A program made the position numbers and the translations under genes. A stretch of DNA of 64,000 nucleotides from Eledone cirrhosa (taxonomy: Eukaryota), in the NCBI GenBank assembly GCA_964016885.1, contig OZ024740.1:36146001-36210000 (forward strand). Direction: 5' to 3'. A model generated the notes under the pieces. It was given only the letters and a program-made list of their open reading frames with translations, did no database searches and was not told the DNA's origin. The first letter of the stretch is position 1. Every line of letters begins with the position of its first letter. Positions 29,101 to 40,400 of this stretch are shown in pieces.

Positions 29101-31616
29101 ACAGTTAAGGTCTTGGTTAATATTATTGATAAGTGAGGACGAGCTAGAGGCAAGCAGTGACAGTTAAGGTCTTGGTTAATATTATTGATAGGTGAGGACG
29201 ACATAGAGGAAAGCAGTGACAGTTAAGGTCTTGTATAATATTGGTCTTGGTTAATATTGTTGATAGGTGGGGACGAGATAGAGGCAAGCAGTGACAGTTA
29301 AGGTCTTGGTTAATATTGTTGATAGGTGAGGACGAGATAGAGGGAAGCAGTGACAGTTAAGGTCTTGGTTAATATTATTGATAGGTGAGGAGGAGATAGA
29401 GGCAAGCAGTGACAGTTAACCTCTTGCTTAATATTGTTGATAGGTGAGGAAGAGATAGAGGTAAGCAGTGACAGTTAAGGTCTTGGTTAATATTGTTGAT
29501 AGGTGGGGACGAGATAGAGGCAAGCAGTGACAGTTAAGGTCTTGGTATTATTGTTGATAGGTGAGGACGAGATAGAGGCAAGCAGTGACAGTTAAGGTCT
29601 TGGTTAATATTATTGATAGGTGAGGACGAGATAGAGGCAAGCAGTGACAGTTAAGGTCTTGGTTAATATTATTGATAGGTGAGGACGAGATAGAATCAAG
29701 CAGTGACAGTTAAGGTCTTGGTTAATATTATTGATAGGCGAGGACGAGATAGAGGCAAGCAGTGACAGTTAAGGTCTTGGTTAATATTATTGATAGGTGA
29801 GGACGAGATAGAAGCAAGCAGTGACAGTTAAGGTCTTGGTTAATATTATTGATAGGTGAGGAGGAGATAGAGGCAAGCAGTGACAGTTAACCTCTTGATT
29901 AATATTGTTGATAGGTGAGGAAGAGATAGAGGTAAGCAGTGACAGTTAAGGTCTTGGTTAATATTATTGATAGGTCAGGACGAGATAGAAGCAAGCAGTG
30001 ACAGTTAAGGTCTTGGTTAATATTATTGATAGGTGAGGAGGAGATAGAGGCAAGCAGTGACAGTTAACCTCTTGATTAATATTGTTGATAGGTGAGGACG
30101 AGATAGAGGCAAGCAGTGACAGTTAAGGTCTTGGTTAATATTGTTGATAGGTGAGGACGAGATAGAGGCAAGCAGTGACAGTTAAGGTCTTGGTTAATAT
30201 TGTTGATAGGTGAGGACGAGATAGAGGCAAGCAGTGACAGTTAAGGTCTTGGTTAATATTGTTGATAGGTGAGGACTAGATAGAGGCCATCACTGACAGT
30301 TAAGGTCTTGGTTAATATTGTTGATAGGTGAGGACGAGATAGAGGCAAGCAGTGACAGTTAAGGTCTTGGTTAATATTGCTGATAGGTGACGACGAGATA
30401 GAGGCAAGCAGTGACAGTTAAGGTCTTCATTAATATTGTTGATAGGTGAGGACGAGATAGAAGCAAGCAGTGACAGTTAAGGTCTTGGTTAATATTGTTG
30501 ATATGTGAGGACGAGATAGAGGCAAGCAGTGACAGTTAAGGTCTTGGTTAATATTGTTGATAGGTGAGGACGAGATAGAGGTAAGCAGTGACAGTTAAGG
30601 TCTTGGTATTATTATTGATAGGTGAGGACGAGATAGAAGCAAGCAGTGATAGTTAAGGTCTTGGTTAATATTGTTGATAGGTGAGGACGAGATAGAGGCA
30701 AGCAGTGACAGTTAAGGTCTTGGTTAATATTGTTGATAGGTTGGGACGAGATAGAGGCAAGCAGTGACAGTTAAGGTCTTGGTTAATATTATTGATAAGT
30801 GAGGACGAGCTAGAGGCAAGCAGTGACAGTTAAGGTCTTGGTTAATATTATTGATAGGTGGGGACGAGATAGAGGCAAGCAGTGACAGTTAAGGTCTTGG
30901 TTCATATTAATGATAGGTGAGGACGAGATAGAGGCAAGCATTGACAGTTAAGGTCTTGGTTAATATTATTGATAGGTGGGGACGAGATAGAGGCAATCAG
31001 TGACAGTTAAGGGCTTGGTTAATATTATTGATAGGTGAGGACGAGATAGAGGCAAGCAGTGACAGTTAAGGTCTTGGTATTATTATTGATAGGTGAGGAC
31101 AAGATAGAGGCAAGCAGTGACAGTTAAGGTCTTGGTTAATATTGTTGATAGGTGAGGTCGAGATAGAGGCAAGCAGTGATAGTTAAGGTCTTGGTTAATA
31201 TTGTTGATAGGTGGGGACGAGATAGAGGCAAGCAGTGACAGTTAAGGTCTTGGTTAATATTATTGATAAGTGAGGACGAGCTAGAGGCAAGCAGTGACAG
31301 TTAAGGTCTTGGTTAATATTATTGATAAGTGAGGACGACATAGAGGCCAGCAGTGACAGTTAAGGTCTTGGTTAATATTATTGATAGGTGGGGACGAGAT
31401 AGAGGGAAGCAGTGACAGTTAAGGTCTTGGTTAATATTGTTGATAGGTGAGGACGAGATAGAGGGAAGCAGTGACAGTTAAGGTCATGGTTAAGATTATT
31501 GATAGGTGAGGACGAGATAGAGGCAAGCAGTGACAGTTAAGGTCTTGGTTAATATTGTTGATAGGTGGGGACGAGATAGAGGCAAGGAGTGACAGTTAAC
31601 GTCTCGGTTAATATTG
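5177..31616 (+). repeat. 59-bp satellite, left domain (~450 monomers) with higher-order duplications
   Basis: Consensus GATAGGTGAGGACGAGATAGAGGCAAGCAGTGACAGTTAAGGTCTTGGTTAATATT(G/A)TT. Diagnostic variants recur at fixed offsets of 664, 1119, 3903, 8943 and 13510 bp. Confidence 0.98.
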
Positions 31617-31855
31617 ATTTCTTTATTAGCCACAAGGGCGCAACAAGAAAGGGGACAATACAAAGACATGCCGGGGATTTTACATACAGTCGTGTAAAAA
31701 ATGTAAAAACAAACAAACAATTTTAACAATCGAAATCCCCAATAGGGGGGAGGCGCTACAAATGGGTTGTTTAATACCCCGTCGATAGAACAACCCTCAA
31801 CTCAAGGAGCGTGTTGTGCAAGTGCTCCTTTCTTCCTTTTGCTCTCTTCCTCAAC

Positions 31856-34800
31856 CTACAGGCTTATAAACAGAGAAGGCCCAATCACTCGGGCCATTTT
31901 CGCTTCATTCACCCACCTTTCAGTAAATTTACTGGGGTGCAGTGCCTCTCTCTCCACCCTGATTCTCCTTCTAAAGTGATACTTAAAGAATGGAATCAAT
32001 TGTTGTCCGGAGAGAAAGGCATCTGTCCTCAGTCCTCTCAACCTCGTCCACCATATAACTTCTTTCACCATAGCCACCGTACAGAGGAAAACCGCCTCTC
32101 TTTCGTTTTTGAAAGAGTCTGGCGGTTTGATCCTTACTATGGATTCGGCAGTCAACTGTATTTGTCCCATACGCGACAGCAGTTGTTCTGCATAGTTCCA
32201 CAGGTCGCTTACGCCCGGGCAGTGTACAATTGCGTGCAGAACTGTTTCAATGTCCTGCGCACATCTTGGACACGTCCTCTTGGAAGGATCCCTGCCAGGG
32301 CGTCCGTGCCTGTAGATCTTGTCACGAACCGGTAGAGCTCCTCGGTAGCACTGCCAGGCCAGGGACCTCTGGAAGTTGTCCATAGGTCCCGCGCGGAAAG
32401 TCCTACCAAACATACTGGTGAGCTCATCGTCTTCGACGCCCAGAGTCTCTCCGAGCACGTCGTCGCCCTTGTAACGTACAATCCCTCTATAGAATGTCGA
32501 AGTGGAGTATCTACTGATTGCTGCGCCCGCTTGCCAGAGGACTGTGAGCGCCTGAGCGCATTCAATGTGCCAGGCGCCCATCGTTTTCGGTCTTTTCTTC
32601 ACCCAGGACTGCAGCTCCGTTAGCGAGACGAGCTGTGGGAAAGCCTGTCTCACAAACGGTGCCCACACCGGTTGGGGGTCGGTGAGGAATACCTGGAGAT
32701 GCCGCAGCCTCAGCGCATGTTTGCGCATCATCAGCCACGGCATTCCCAGCCCTCCGTTGGAAGGGTGCTGACAGCAGACGGATCTCCTCACCAGCGGAGC
32801 CTGCTTCTTCCACAGAAACTGGAAGAGCATGCGTTCCATCTTGGCGAGGTGTTCACGGGGACAAGGCACGACAGTCAAGCGGTAGTAGATGACGGACGCT
32901 ATGAAAGTGTTCGCCACCTCCGCTCGACCTTTCAAGGACAGTTTGCACTCTGCCCACTTCTGAGTGAGTGCAAACACCTTGGCCGTGACCTCGTTCCAGT
33001 TTTTCTCCACCTGGAGGTCTGGACCGAACCAGACCCCGAGCAATTTCACCGGTCCGTCCGTCCAGCGTCCAACGACGCTGTCGGATGTCATCGGTTTGCC
33101 TCTCCACGTACCGAGTTGCAAACCGACAGACTTGTCTGGGTTTAGTTTTGCTCCCGTCAGCGTTTCGTATTCTTTCAGTATGTTGCCGATCACCCCGATT
33201 TCCGAGGTGCTCGACACCATTACTGTCACGTCGTCGGCATAAGCCGACGCCGCTTTGCGCAGTCCCGGTTCTAGGGGGATGCCCTGCAACAGCTCCAATT
33301 TCCGCAGTAGTGGCTCTAGAGTCAATACATACAGAATGGAGGAGAGAGGGCATCCCTGTCGAATGGAACGCGTGATTGCGAACGGCTCCGATAGGTAGCC
33401 GTTCACCTTGGCCCTCGAGCAGATGCTGGTGTGCATCGCCTCGATCCATCCTCTGAACACGGGACCGAAACCGGCCGCCTTGAGAACCGCTTCCAAGTAT
33501 CGATGGTCGACACTATCGAATGCCTTAGACTGATCCAAGTTGATCAGAGCCCCACCGAAGCCGGGTTTACTACCCACCCTCTCTATGATGTATCGCATGA
33601 GGTGGAGGTTGTCGTGTATGGACCTGGTCGGGATTGCACACGTTTGCGCTTTCCCTACCAGGTTCTCGACGACAAGCGCCAACCTCGTCGCTAGCACCTT
33701 GGCCAAAATCTTTAACTCTGTGTTGAGCAGAGTTATGGGCCTGAAGTTGTTAATTTCGTCCCCCTTGTTCTCGTCTTTCCTGATCAGCGTTACTACGCCC
33801 TTGCCTGCAGAACTGGGAATTCTCCCGTTCTGCTGCCAATTGCAGTAGACGGCTTCGAGGACGCCAGAGAACAAGTCCGGCATGCCTATGTAAAATTCGT
33901 AGGGTAGACCATCTAGACCGGGTGACTTGCGTTTCCCGCAGCGGCCCAGAGCGTCCCGTATCTCAGTGTCCGTGATCGGTCTTTCGCAGAACTCGGCGTC
34001 CGTGTTCGAGAGACGCGGCAGGCCGTCGAGGTATGAACTAAAGTCCATTGCCCCGTTCGGCTCACCGTCGTTCTGCTCAAACAGTCGCGCAAAGTGCCGC
34101 TGAAAGGCCGCGCACATTTGCTTGGGGTCAAGTAGCACGCGTCCGTTTTGGTCTTTCAAAGACCGAATCGTGGACTTGTTGCCACTTTTTGCCTCCGCCA
34201 CTCGGGCCCAGCTGACAGCTTTCGCTCCTTCGTTTCCTAGAGCACGTGTTTTGCTTCTGACCACGCAGCCTTCGTGTTTCGCATCGAAGAACAGGTCCAG
34301 TGCCGTTCTCGACGCTAAAACTCTAGCCGCGTTGCCACTTCTAAGTGCCTCCTCTACCTTGGCTACTAGTTCTCTTTCTATTCTGTTTTTCTCTAAGGCT
34401 AACTCTCTGCTATACCCTATCGATTCTATTCTAATTGCTTTCTTGAGAGAGTACCACCATCTATTGTTGACGATGGCTCCCGTTAACTGTTGCTTGACTA
34501 GTTTACTTATCCGTTCACTGTAAGCTTTACGTGTCGGCAACGACACATTCAGCTTCCAGTATCCGGGACCCTGTCTATGTATTCTATCACGGTTGACTAA
34601 GCAGACGACTAACTTGTGATCTGAATAGGCAACCATGTGCATTCGTGGACAGCTTAACATATCCTTGTCCCTTTCTCTAATGAAGAACATATCTAAATAC
34701 GATCTAGATGTCCCACTGCGGTTTACCCACGTCCACTGTGGTGCAGTCGGGAAATCCAGTCGATACCTATCGGCCAGTTGGAATTGGCCGATTAAAGTTT

Positions 34801-35302
34801 TGAGGCTGTTGCACCCCGCTCTACTGGGACATGCTCCCACATAGTCCCATCGTGCATCTAGGATACCATTCCAGTCCCCCACTAAAAGTAAGGAGCGAGA
34901 CGTTCCCAGAAAAGACTCTAGACGCTTAAAGAAGTCTGGCCGTGATTGCGATTGCCCGGTCGGGGCATAAACGGCCACCAGTCTGAAGGCTCCACCTCCG
35001 ATACTGTTCACGTCTAGGACTACCAGTCTACCCTCCGGGTCCAAGTGTACTTGCTGTACTCCGACGTCCAGGTTCTTCCGAAACATAACAGCCACTCCAC
35101 CTCCACCTCCTGGCTGACAGAGAGATGCGTAGATCTCAAAGTCGTCGAAGATGGGGGTTAGTTGCTGCCTGTTGTGGATTCTGGACTCGGTGATGGCTAT
35201 CACATCCATACTGTGTGACCTAAGGTCGTTTAAAAGTTGGCCCTGTTTCCAGGGCATCCCTAGGCCACGCACATTCACGGTTCCAACTCGTAAACCAGCC
35301 AT
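31856..35302 (-). CDS. Tx1 ORF2: apurinic-like endonuclease + reverse transcriptase + C-terminal zinc-binding domain (1148 aa, intact)
   Basis: APE motifs TVNVRGL, AITE, VYAP, VGDWN, SYLD, SDH. RT motifs KSPGLDG, FRPITLLN, LDQSKAFD, RQGCPLS, YADD. C-terminal CPRC...ETVLHAIVHC. Confidence 0.96.
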   Translation of the reverse strand: MAGLRVGTVNVRGLGMPWKQGQLLNDLRSHSMDVIAITESRIHNRQQLTPIFDDFEIYASLCQPGGGGGVAVMFRKNLDVGVQQVHLDPEGRLVVLDVNSIGGGAFRLVAVYAPTGQSQSRPDFFKRLESFLGTSRSLLLVGDWNGILDARWDYVGACPSRAGCNSLKTLIGQFQLADRYRLDFPTAPQWTWVNRSGTSRSYLDMFFIRERDKDMLSCPRMHMVAYSDHKLVVCLVNRDRIHRQGPGYWKLNVSLPTRKAYSERISKLVKQQLTGAIVNNRWWYSLKKAIRIESIGYSRELALEKNRIERELVAKVEEALRSGNAARVLASRTALDLFFDAKHEGCVVRSKTRALGNEGAKAVSWARVAEAKSGNKSTIRSLKDQNGRVLLDPKQMCAAFQRHFARLFEQNDGEPNGAMDFSSYLDGLPRLSNTDAEFCERPITDTEIRDALGRCGKRKSPGLDGLPYEFYIGMPDLFSGVLEAVYCNWQQNGRIPSSAGKGVVTLIRKDENKGDEINNFRPITLLNTELKILAKVLATRLALVVENLVGKAQTCAIPTRSIHDNLHLMRYIIERVGSKPGFGGALINLDQSKAFDSVDHRYLEAVLKAAGFGPVFRGWIEAMHTSICSRAKVNGYLSEPFAITRSIRQGCPLSSILYVLTLEPLLRKLELLQGIPLEPGLRKAASAYADDVTVMVSSTSEIGVIGNILKEYETLTGAKLNPDKSVGLQLGTWRGKPMTSDSVVGRWTDGPVKLLGVWFGPDLQVEKNWNEVTAKVFALTQKWAECKLSLKGRAEVANTFIASVIYYRLTVVPCPREHLAKMERMLFQFLWKKQAPLVRRSVCCQHPSNGGLGMPWLMMRKHALRLRHLQVFLTDPQPVWAPFVRQAFPQLVSLTELQSWVKKRPKTMGAWHIECAQALTVLWQAGAAISRYSTSTFYRGIVRYKGDDVLGETLGVEDDELTSMFGRTFRAGPMDNFQRSLAWQCYRGALPVRDKIYRHGRPGRDPSKRTCPRCAQDIETVLHAIVHCPGVSDLWNYAEQLLSRMGQIQLTAESIVRIKPPDSFKNEREAVFLCTVAMVKEVIWWTRLRGLRTDAFLSGQQLIPFFKYHFRRRIRVEREALHPSKFTERWVNEAKMARVIGPSLFISL

Positions 35303-35343
35303 GTTGGTGAAGAAAAGTTGGAGAAAAAGGACGAAAGGTGCAC

Positions 35344-37222
35344 TTACCTTTTCGTTTCCTGGAGATCGGGTTGTTCAATCTCCATTTGGGTGCTGGATGG
35401 GGTGTTGGGTGGGGTGGGGAAACCTTTCAACAGGACGCGGTTGATGGGTTTGTGGCAGGGGTTGCCCACGTCCTGTGAAAATTTAATTTTCAGGTCTTTA
35501 TAGGTTTCCATAGAAACCCTTATAAGTTTAAGGTGTGGAGACGATTCTGCCTTGACGAAAGTTTTGCCCTCCGTCTCCACCTTGGGGTTTTGGGAGATGA
35601 CCTCCATCAAACTCTTGTTGTTTGTGTTGATGTATGCGTATTGTTGTTTGTGTTTTTGTTGTATTGTTTTAGTTTGTTGTTCATCTGGGAGTTTTCTTTT
35701 TATGGTGGGTGCTTGTGTTTGGGGTGGTGTTGGTGCTGGTTTTGCTGATAGGGGGGTGTTTGACTGTGGTGTTGTTTGTGTTGTTGTTCGTGTCTGTGGT
35801 TGTGTGTTGGTGTTGGTGATTGGAGTTTTGGGGGTTTTGTGGTGTCTCTTTTTTTGTTTTTTTGATTTCCGCGGTTCTCCCTCTTCTTCACTTAAAGAAG
35901 GAGAAGCAGCTTCATCCGTCGATGAATAATCATCGTCAGGTGTGTGGGGTAAGGGTATGTTGTGTGGTGGTGGTGGTGTTTCGGTATGTGTGTTTGTGGT
36001 AGTGTTTGATGGAGTGGGATGGAGTGGGGATGTGTTCTTCAGGGGTGTTGTCTCTGTTTTTTCTGTTGTTGTTGGTTGAGTGTCTGTTTGTTTTGGTGTG
36101 GTTGCTCGTTTCGTCTGTCGTTGTACTTGTGGTGGTGGTGGTGGTTGTTTTGGTGTTGGTGTTGGTAATAGCGTTTTTTTTTATGATGTTGCTGTTGTGT
36201 GTTTGTGGACAAGAGGCTTTTAGGTGAGATGTGCTACCACAGCGAAAGCAGTGAAATTTTCTTCCTTCTACCGAAATGTTTATTTTATTGTTATTATCAA
36301 TAACGACTCTTTCGGGTATTTTGGAGATTCTCTCCGGTTTCATTTGCAACAGAATCTCCAAATCGGTGCCCGCCCACCTTTGTCGAATGGATTTTCGTAT
36401 CGAAAGTATTATGTCTGTTTCTGGCTCTACGAAGCCAGCCAAGATCCACCAGATGTTAATGCTTGGAGGTATGTTTTTTATTTTTATTTTTTGTGTCCTT
36501 TTCCCCATGTATGTAGGGAAAAAGGTGTATGCTTTTGACACTATTGGTGTCACAGAGTTTTTTTGGGCCAGTGTCTCGCTTTTAAACAGTACGGAAACGC
36601 TTCCGTACTGTTTTCCTCGCTGGAGAAAATCGACATTTGCTAGAATCTCCTTGAAAGAATCTTCTATATCTGACTGATTAACAAATGTCGGTTTTCTTGA
36701 CGAATTTGACACAGTCCTAAAAGTGACTGATCGGCGGTTTGTGTCTTCCTTTATTTCAAGGGGTGAGTTAATTCTAAACCCACCTCTTTCTTCGAAAGTT
36801 ACAAATTTTCTCCCTTGCTGGAGCATATCTCTTGCGTTGGAGATATCAAGATTTATAAAATCTTGTTTCTTGTTGACTGTGTCAGCAAAAGACATTTTCT
36901 TTTTTTGTGTGATGTTGTTGTTAATAATGATGTTATCGTTGTTGGAAATTTTATGTGTAGATGTATCTGTAGAGTTGTTGATGTCTTTTTCATGTGTATG
37001 TATGTCAATGGGTTTTTTTGCCGTGTTTTCCCGTGTGTTATTGTCATTTTTCTCCGCTTCGGCGGTAGAAATTGTAACATTTTCAAATGTTGATATATTT
37101 TTTTCTTTTGTGACAGTATCTATGGCAACGTCCATAGCAGCAGAAGCAGATATAACGTTAACATCTGCCTCTTTCTCTCTCTTTTCACTATTAACGTTCT
37201 CCAGCGTTCTAGTGTTGCTCAA
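35344..37222 (-). CDS. Tx1 ORF1 (gag-like, CCHC zinc knuckle), ~625 aa after correcting one frameshift
   Basis: Knuckle CFRCGSTSHLKASC. The called ORF 35936-37222 leaves frame at the A9 run (36174-36182). Removing one A gives KKTLLPTPTPKQPPPP, which stays open to the stop at 35344 and is homologous to LLPTP in copy 2. Start is TTG at 37222 or ATG at 37135. Confidence 0.85.
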
Positions 37223-37274
37223 GTTTTTTTTACTTTGTAAAATTGGATATTTTAAGAGAAACTTTTAAATAAAA

Positions 37275-37298
37275 TTTTCGCCCCTACAGGGGCGAAAA
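37275..37298. promoter_or_regulatory. Perfect GC-rich hairpin in the Tx1 5'UTR
   Basis: TTTTCGCCCC-TACA-GGGGCGAAAA. A second imperfect hairpin follows at ~37303-37341. Function unknown. Confidence 0.6.
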
Positions 37299-37450
37299 AT
37301 GGGATTACCACCCAGCTGACAATTCAGCTTGGGGGTTAATCTACAAAGTGTTGTATTTTTTTCAAACAATTAGATCGGTTTTTTGCATAGAAATTAACAA
37401 AAAACTTACCGGCGATATTCCACACGTTAGACAGAAAGAGAGATAGATAG

Positions 37451-40400
37451 CTTGGTTAATATTATAGATAGGTGAGGACGAGATAGAGGCCAGCAGTGAC
37501 ATTTAAGGTCTTGGTTAATATTATTGATAGGTGAGGACGAGATAGAGGTAAGCAGTGACAGTTAAGCTGTTGGTTAATATTATTGATAGGTGAGGACGAG
37601 ATAGAGGTAAGCAGAGACAGTTAAGGTCTTGGTTAATATTATTGATAGGTGAGGACGAGATAGAGGCAAGCAGTGACAGTTAAGGTCTTGGTTAATATTG
37701 TTGATAGGTGAGGACGAGATAGAGGCAAGCAGTGACAGTTAAGGTCTTGGTTAATATTATTGATAGGTGAGGACGAGATAGAGGCAAGCAGTGACAGTTA
37801 AGGTCTTGGTTAATATTATTGATAGGTGAGGACGAGATAGAGGTAAACAGTGACAGTGAAGGTCTTGGTTAATATTGTTGATAGGTGAGGACGAGATAGA
37901 GGCAAGCAGTGACAGTTAAGGTCTTGGTTAATATTATTGATAGGTGAGGACGAGATAGAGGCAAGCAGTGACAGTTAAGGTCTTGGTTAATATTATTGAT
38001 AGGTGAGGACGAGATAGAGGCAAGCAGTGACAGTTAAGGTCTTGGTTAATATTGTTGATAGGTGAGGACGAGATAGAGGCAACCAGTGACAGTTAAGGTC
38101 TTGGTTAATATTATTGATAGGTGAGGACGAGATAGAGGGAAGCAGTGACAGTTAACGTCTCGGTTAATATTGTTGATAGGTGAGGACGAGATAGAGGCAA
38201 GCAGTGACAGTTAATGTCTTGGTTAATATTATTGATAGGTGAGGACGAGATAGAGGGAAGCAGTGACAGTTAAGGTCTTGGTTAATATTATTGATAGGTG
38301 AGGACGAGATAGAGGCAAGCAGTGACAATTAAGGTCTTGGTTAATATTATTGATAGGTGAGGACGAGATAGAGGCAAGCAGTGACAGTGAAGGACTTGGT
38401 TAATATTATTGATAGGTGAGGACGAGATAGAGGTAAGCAGTGACAGTTAAGGTCTTGGTTAATATTATTGATAGGTGAGGTCGAGATAGAGGCAAGCAGA
38501 GGCAGTTAAGATCTTGGTTAATATTGTTGATAGGTGAGGACGAGATAGAGGCAAGCAGTGACAGTTATGGTCTTGGTTAATATTGTTGATAGGTGAGGAC
38601 GAGATAGAGGCAAGCAGTGACAGTTAAGGTCTTGGTTAATATTATTGATAGGTGAGGACGAGATAGAGGTAAGCAGTGACAGTTAAGGTCTTGGTTAATA
38701 TTATTGATAGGTGAGGACGAGATAGAGGCAAGCAGTGACAATTAAGGTCTTGGGTAATATTATTGATAGGTGAGGACGAGATAGAGGCAAGCAGTGACAG
38801 TTAAGGTCTTGGTTAATATTGTTGATAAGTGAGGACGAGATAGAGGCAAGCAGTGACAGTTAAGGTCTTGGTTAATAATATTGATAGGTGAGGACGAGAT
38901 AGAGGCAAGCAGTGACAGTTAAGGTCTTGTTTAATATTGTTGATAAGTGGGGACGAGATAGAGGCAAGCAGTGACAGTTAAGGTCTAGGTTAATATTATT
39001 GATAGCTGGGGACGAGATAGAGACAAGCAGTGACAGTTAAGGTCTTGGTTCATATTATTGATAAGTGAGGAGGAGATAGAGGCAAGCAGTGACAGTTAAG
39101 GTCTTGGTTAATATTGTTGATAGGTGAGGATGAGATAGAGGCAAGCAGTGACAGTTAAGGTCTTGGTTAATATTATTGATAGGTGGGGACGAGATAGAGG
39201 CAAGCAGTGACAGTAAAGGTCTTGGTTAATATTATTGAGAGGTGAGGACTTGATAGAGGTATGCAGTGACAGTTAAGGCCTTCGTATTATTATTGATAGG
39301 TGAGGACGAGATAGAGGCAAGCAGTGACAGTTAAGAACTTGGTTAATATTATTGATAAGTGAGGAGGAGCTAGAGGCAAGCAGTGACAGTTAAGGTATTG
39401 GTTAATATTATTAGTAGGTGAGGACGAGATAGAGGCAAGCAGTGACAGTCAAGGTCTTGGTTAATATTATTGATAGGTGGGGATGAGATAGAGGCAAGCA
39501 GTGACAGTTAAGATCTTGGTTAATATTATTGATAAGTGAGGACGAGCTAGAGGCAAGCAGTGACAGTTAAGGTCTTGGTTAATATTATTAGTAAGTGAGG
39601 ACGAGATAGACGCAAGCAGTGACAGTTAATGTCTTGGTTAATATTGTTGATAGGTGAGGACGAGCTAGAGGCAAGCAGTGACAGTTAAGGTCTTGGTTAA
39701 TATTATTGATAAGTGAGGACGAGATAGAGGCAAGCACTGACTGTTAAAGTCTTGGTCAATATTATTGATAAGTGAGGACGAGATAGAGGCAAGCACTGAC
39801 AGTTAAGGGCTTGGTTAATATTATTGATAGGTGAGGACGAGATAGAGGCAAGCAGTGATAGTTAAGGTCTTGGTTAATATTGTTGATAGGTGGGGACGAG
39901 ATAGAGGCATGCAGTGACAGTTAAGGTCTTGGTTAATAATATTGATAAGTGAGGACGAGCTAGAGGCAAGCAGTGACAGTTAAGGTCTTGGTTAATATTA
40001 TTGATAGGTGAGGACGAGATAGAGGCAAGCAGTGACAGTTAAGGTCTTGGTTAATATTATTGATAAGTGAGGACGAGCTAGAGGCAAGCAGTGACAGTTA
40101 AGGGCTTGGTTAATATTATTGATAGGTGAGGACGAGATAGAGGCAAGCAGTGACAGTTAAGGTCTTGGTTAATATTGTTGATAGGTGCGGACGAGATAGA
40201 GGCAAGCAGTGACAGTTAAGGTCTTGGTTAATATTGTTGATAGGTGAGGACGAGATAGAGGCAAGCAGTGACAGTTAAGGTCTTGGTTAATATTATTGAT
40301 AGGTGGGGACGAGATAGAGACAAGCAGTGACAGTTAAGGTATTGGTTAATATTATTGAGAGGTGAGGACGAGATAGAAGTATGCAGTGACAGTTAAGGCC

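Larger units (their letters stand above)
31617..37450 (-). mobile_element. Full-length Tx1/L1-clade non-LTR retrotransposon (copy 1) inserted in the satellite
   Basis: 5'UTR, gag-like ORF1, APE-RT ORF2 and AATAAA at 31622-31627 (minus). The satellite phase overlaps by ~13 nt across the insertion (CT(C/T)GGTTAATATT at 31603-31615 and 37451-37463), consistent with a TSD. Confidence 0.95.

Noticed and set aside
36174-36182. Programmed -1 frameshift at A-AAA-AAC in ORF1
   Set aside because: The homologous downstream frame needs +1, and copy 2 reads through this region in frame. A homopolymer indel is the simpler explanation.
31767-37268. Plus-strand and alternative-frame ORFs overlapping Tx1 copy 1
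   Set aside because: Shadow ORFs of GC-rich or low-complexity coding sequence with no recognisable motifs.
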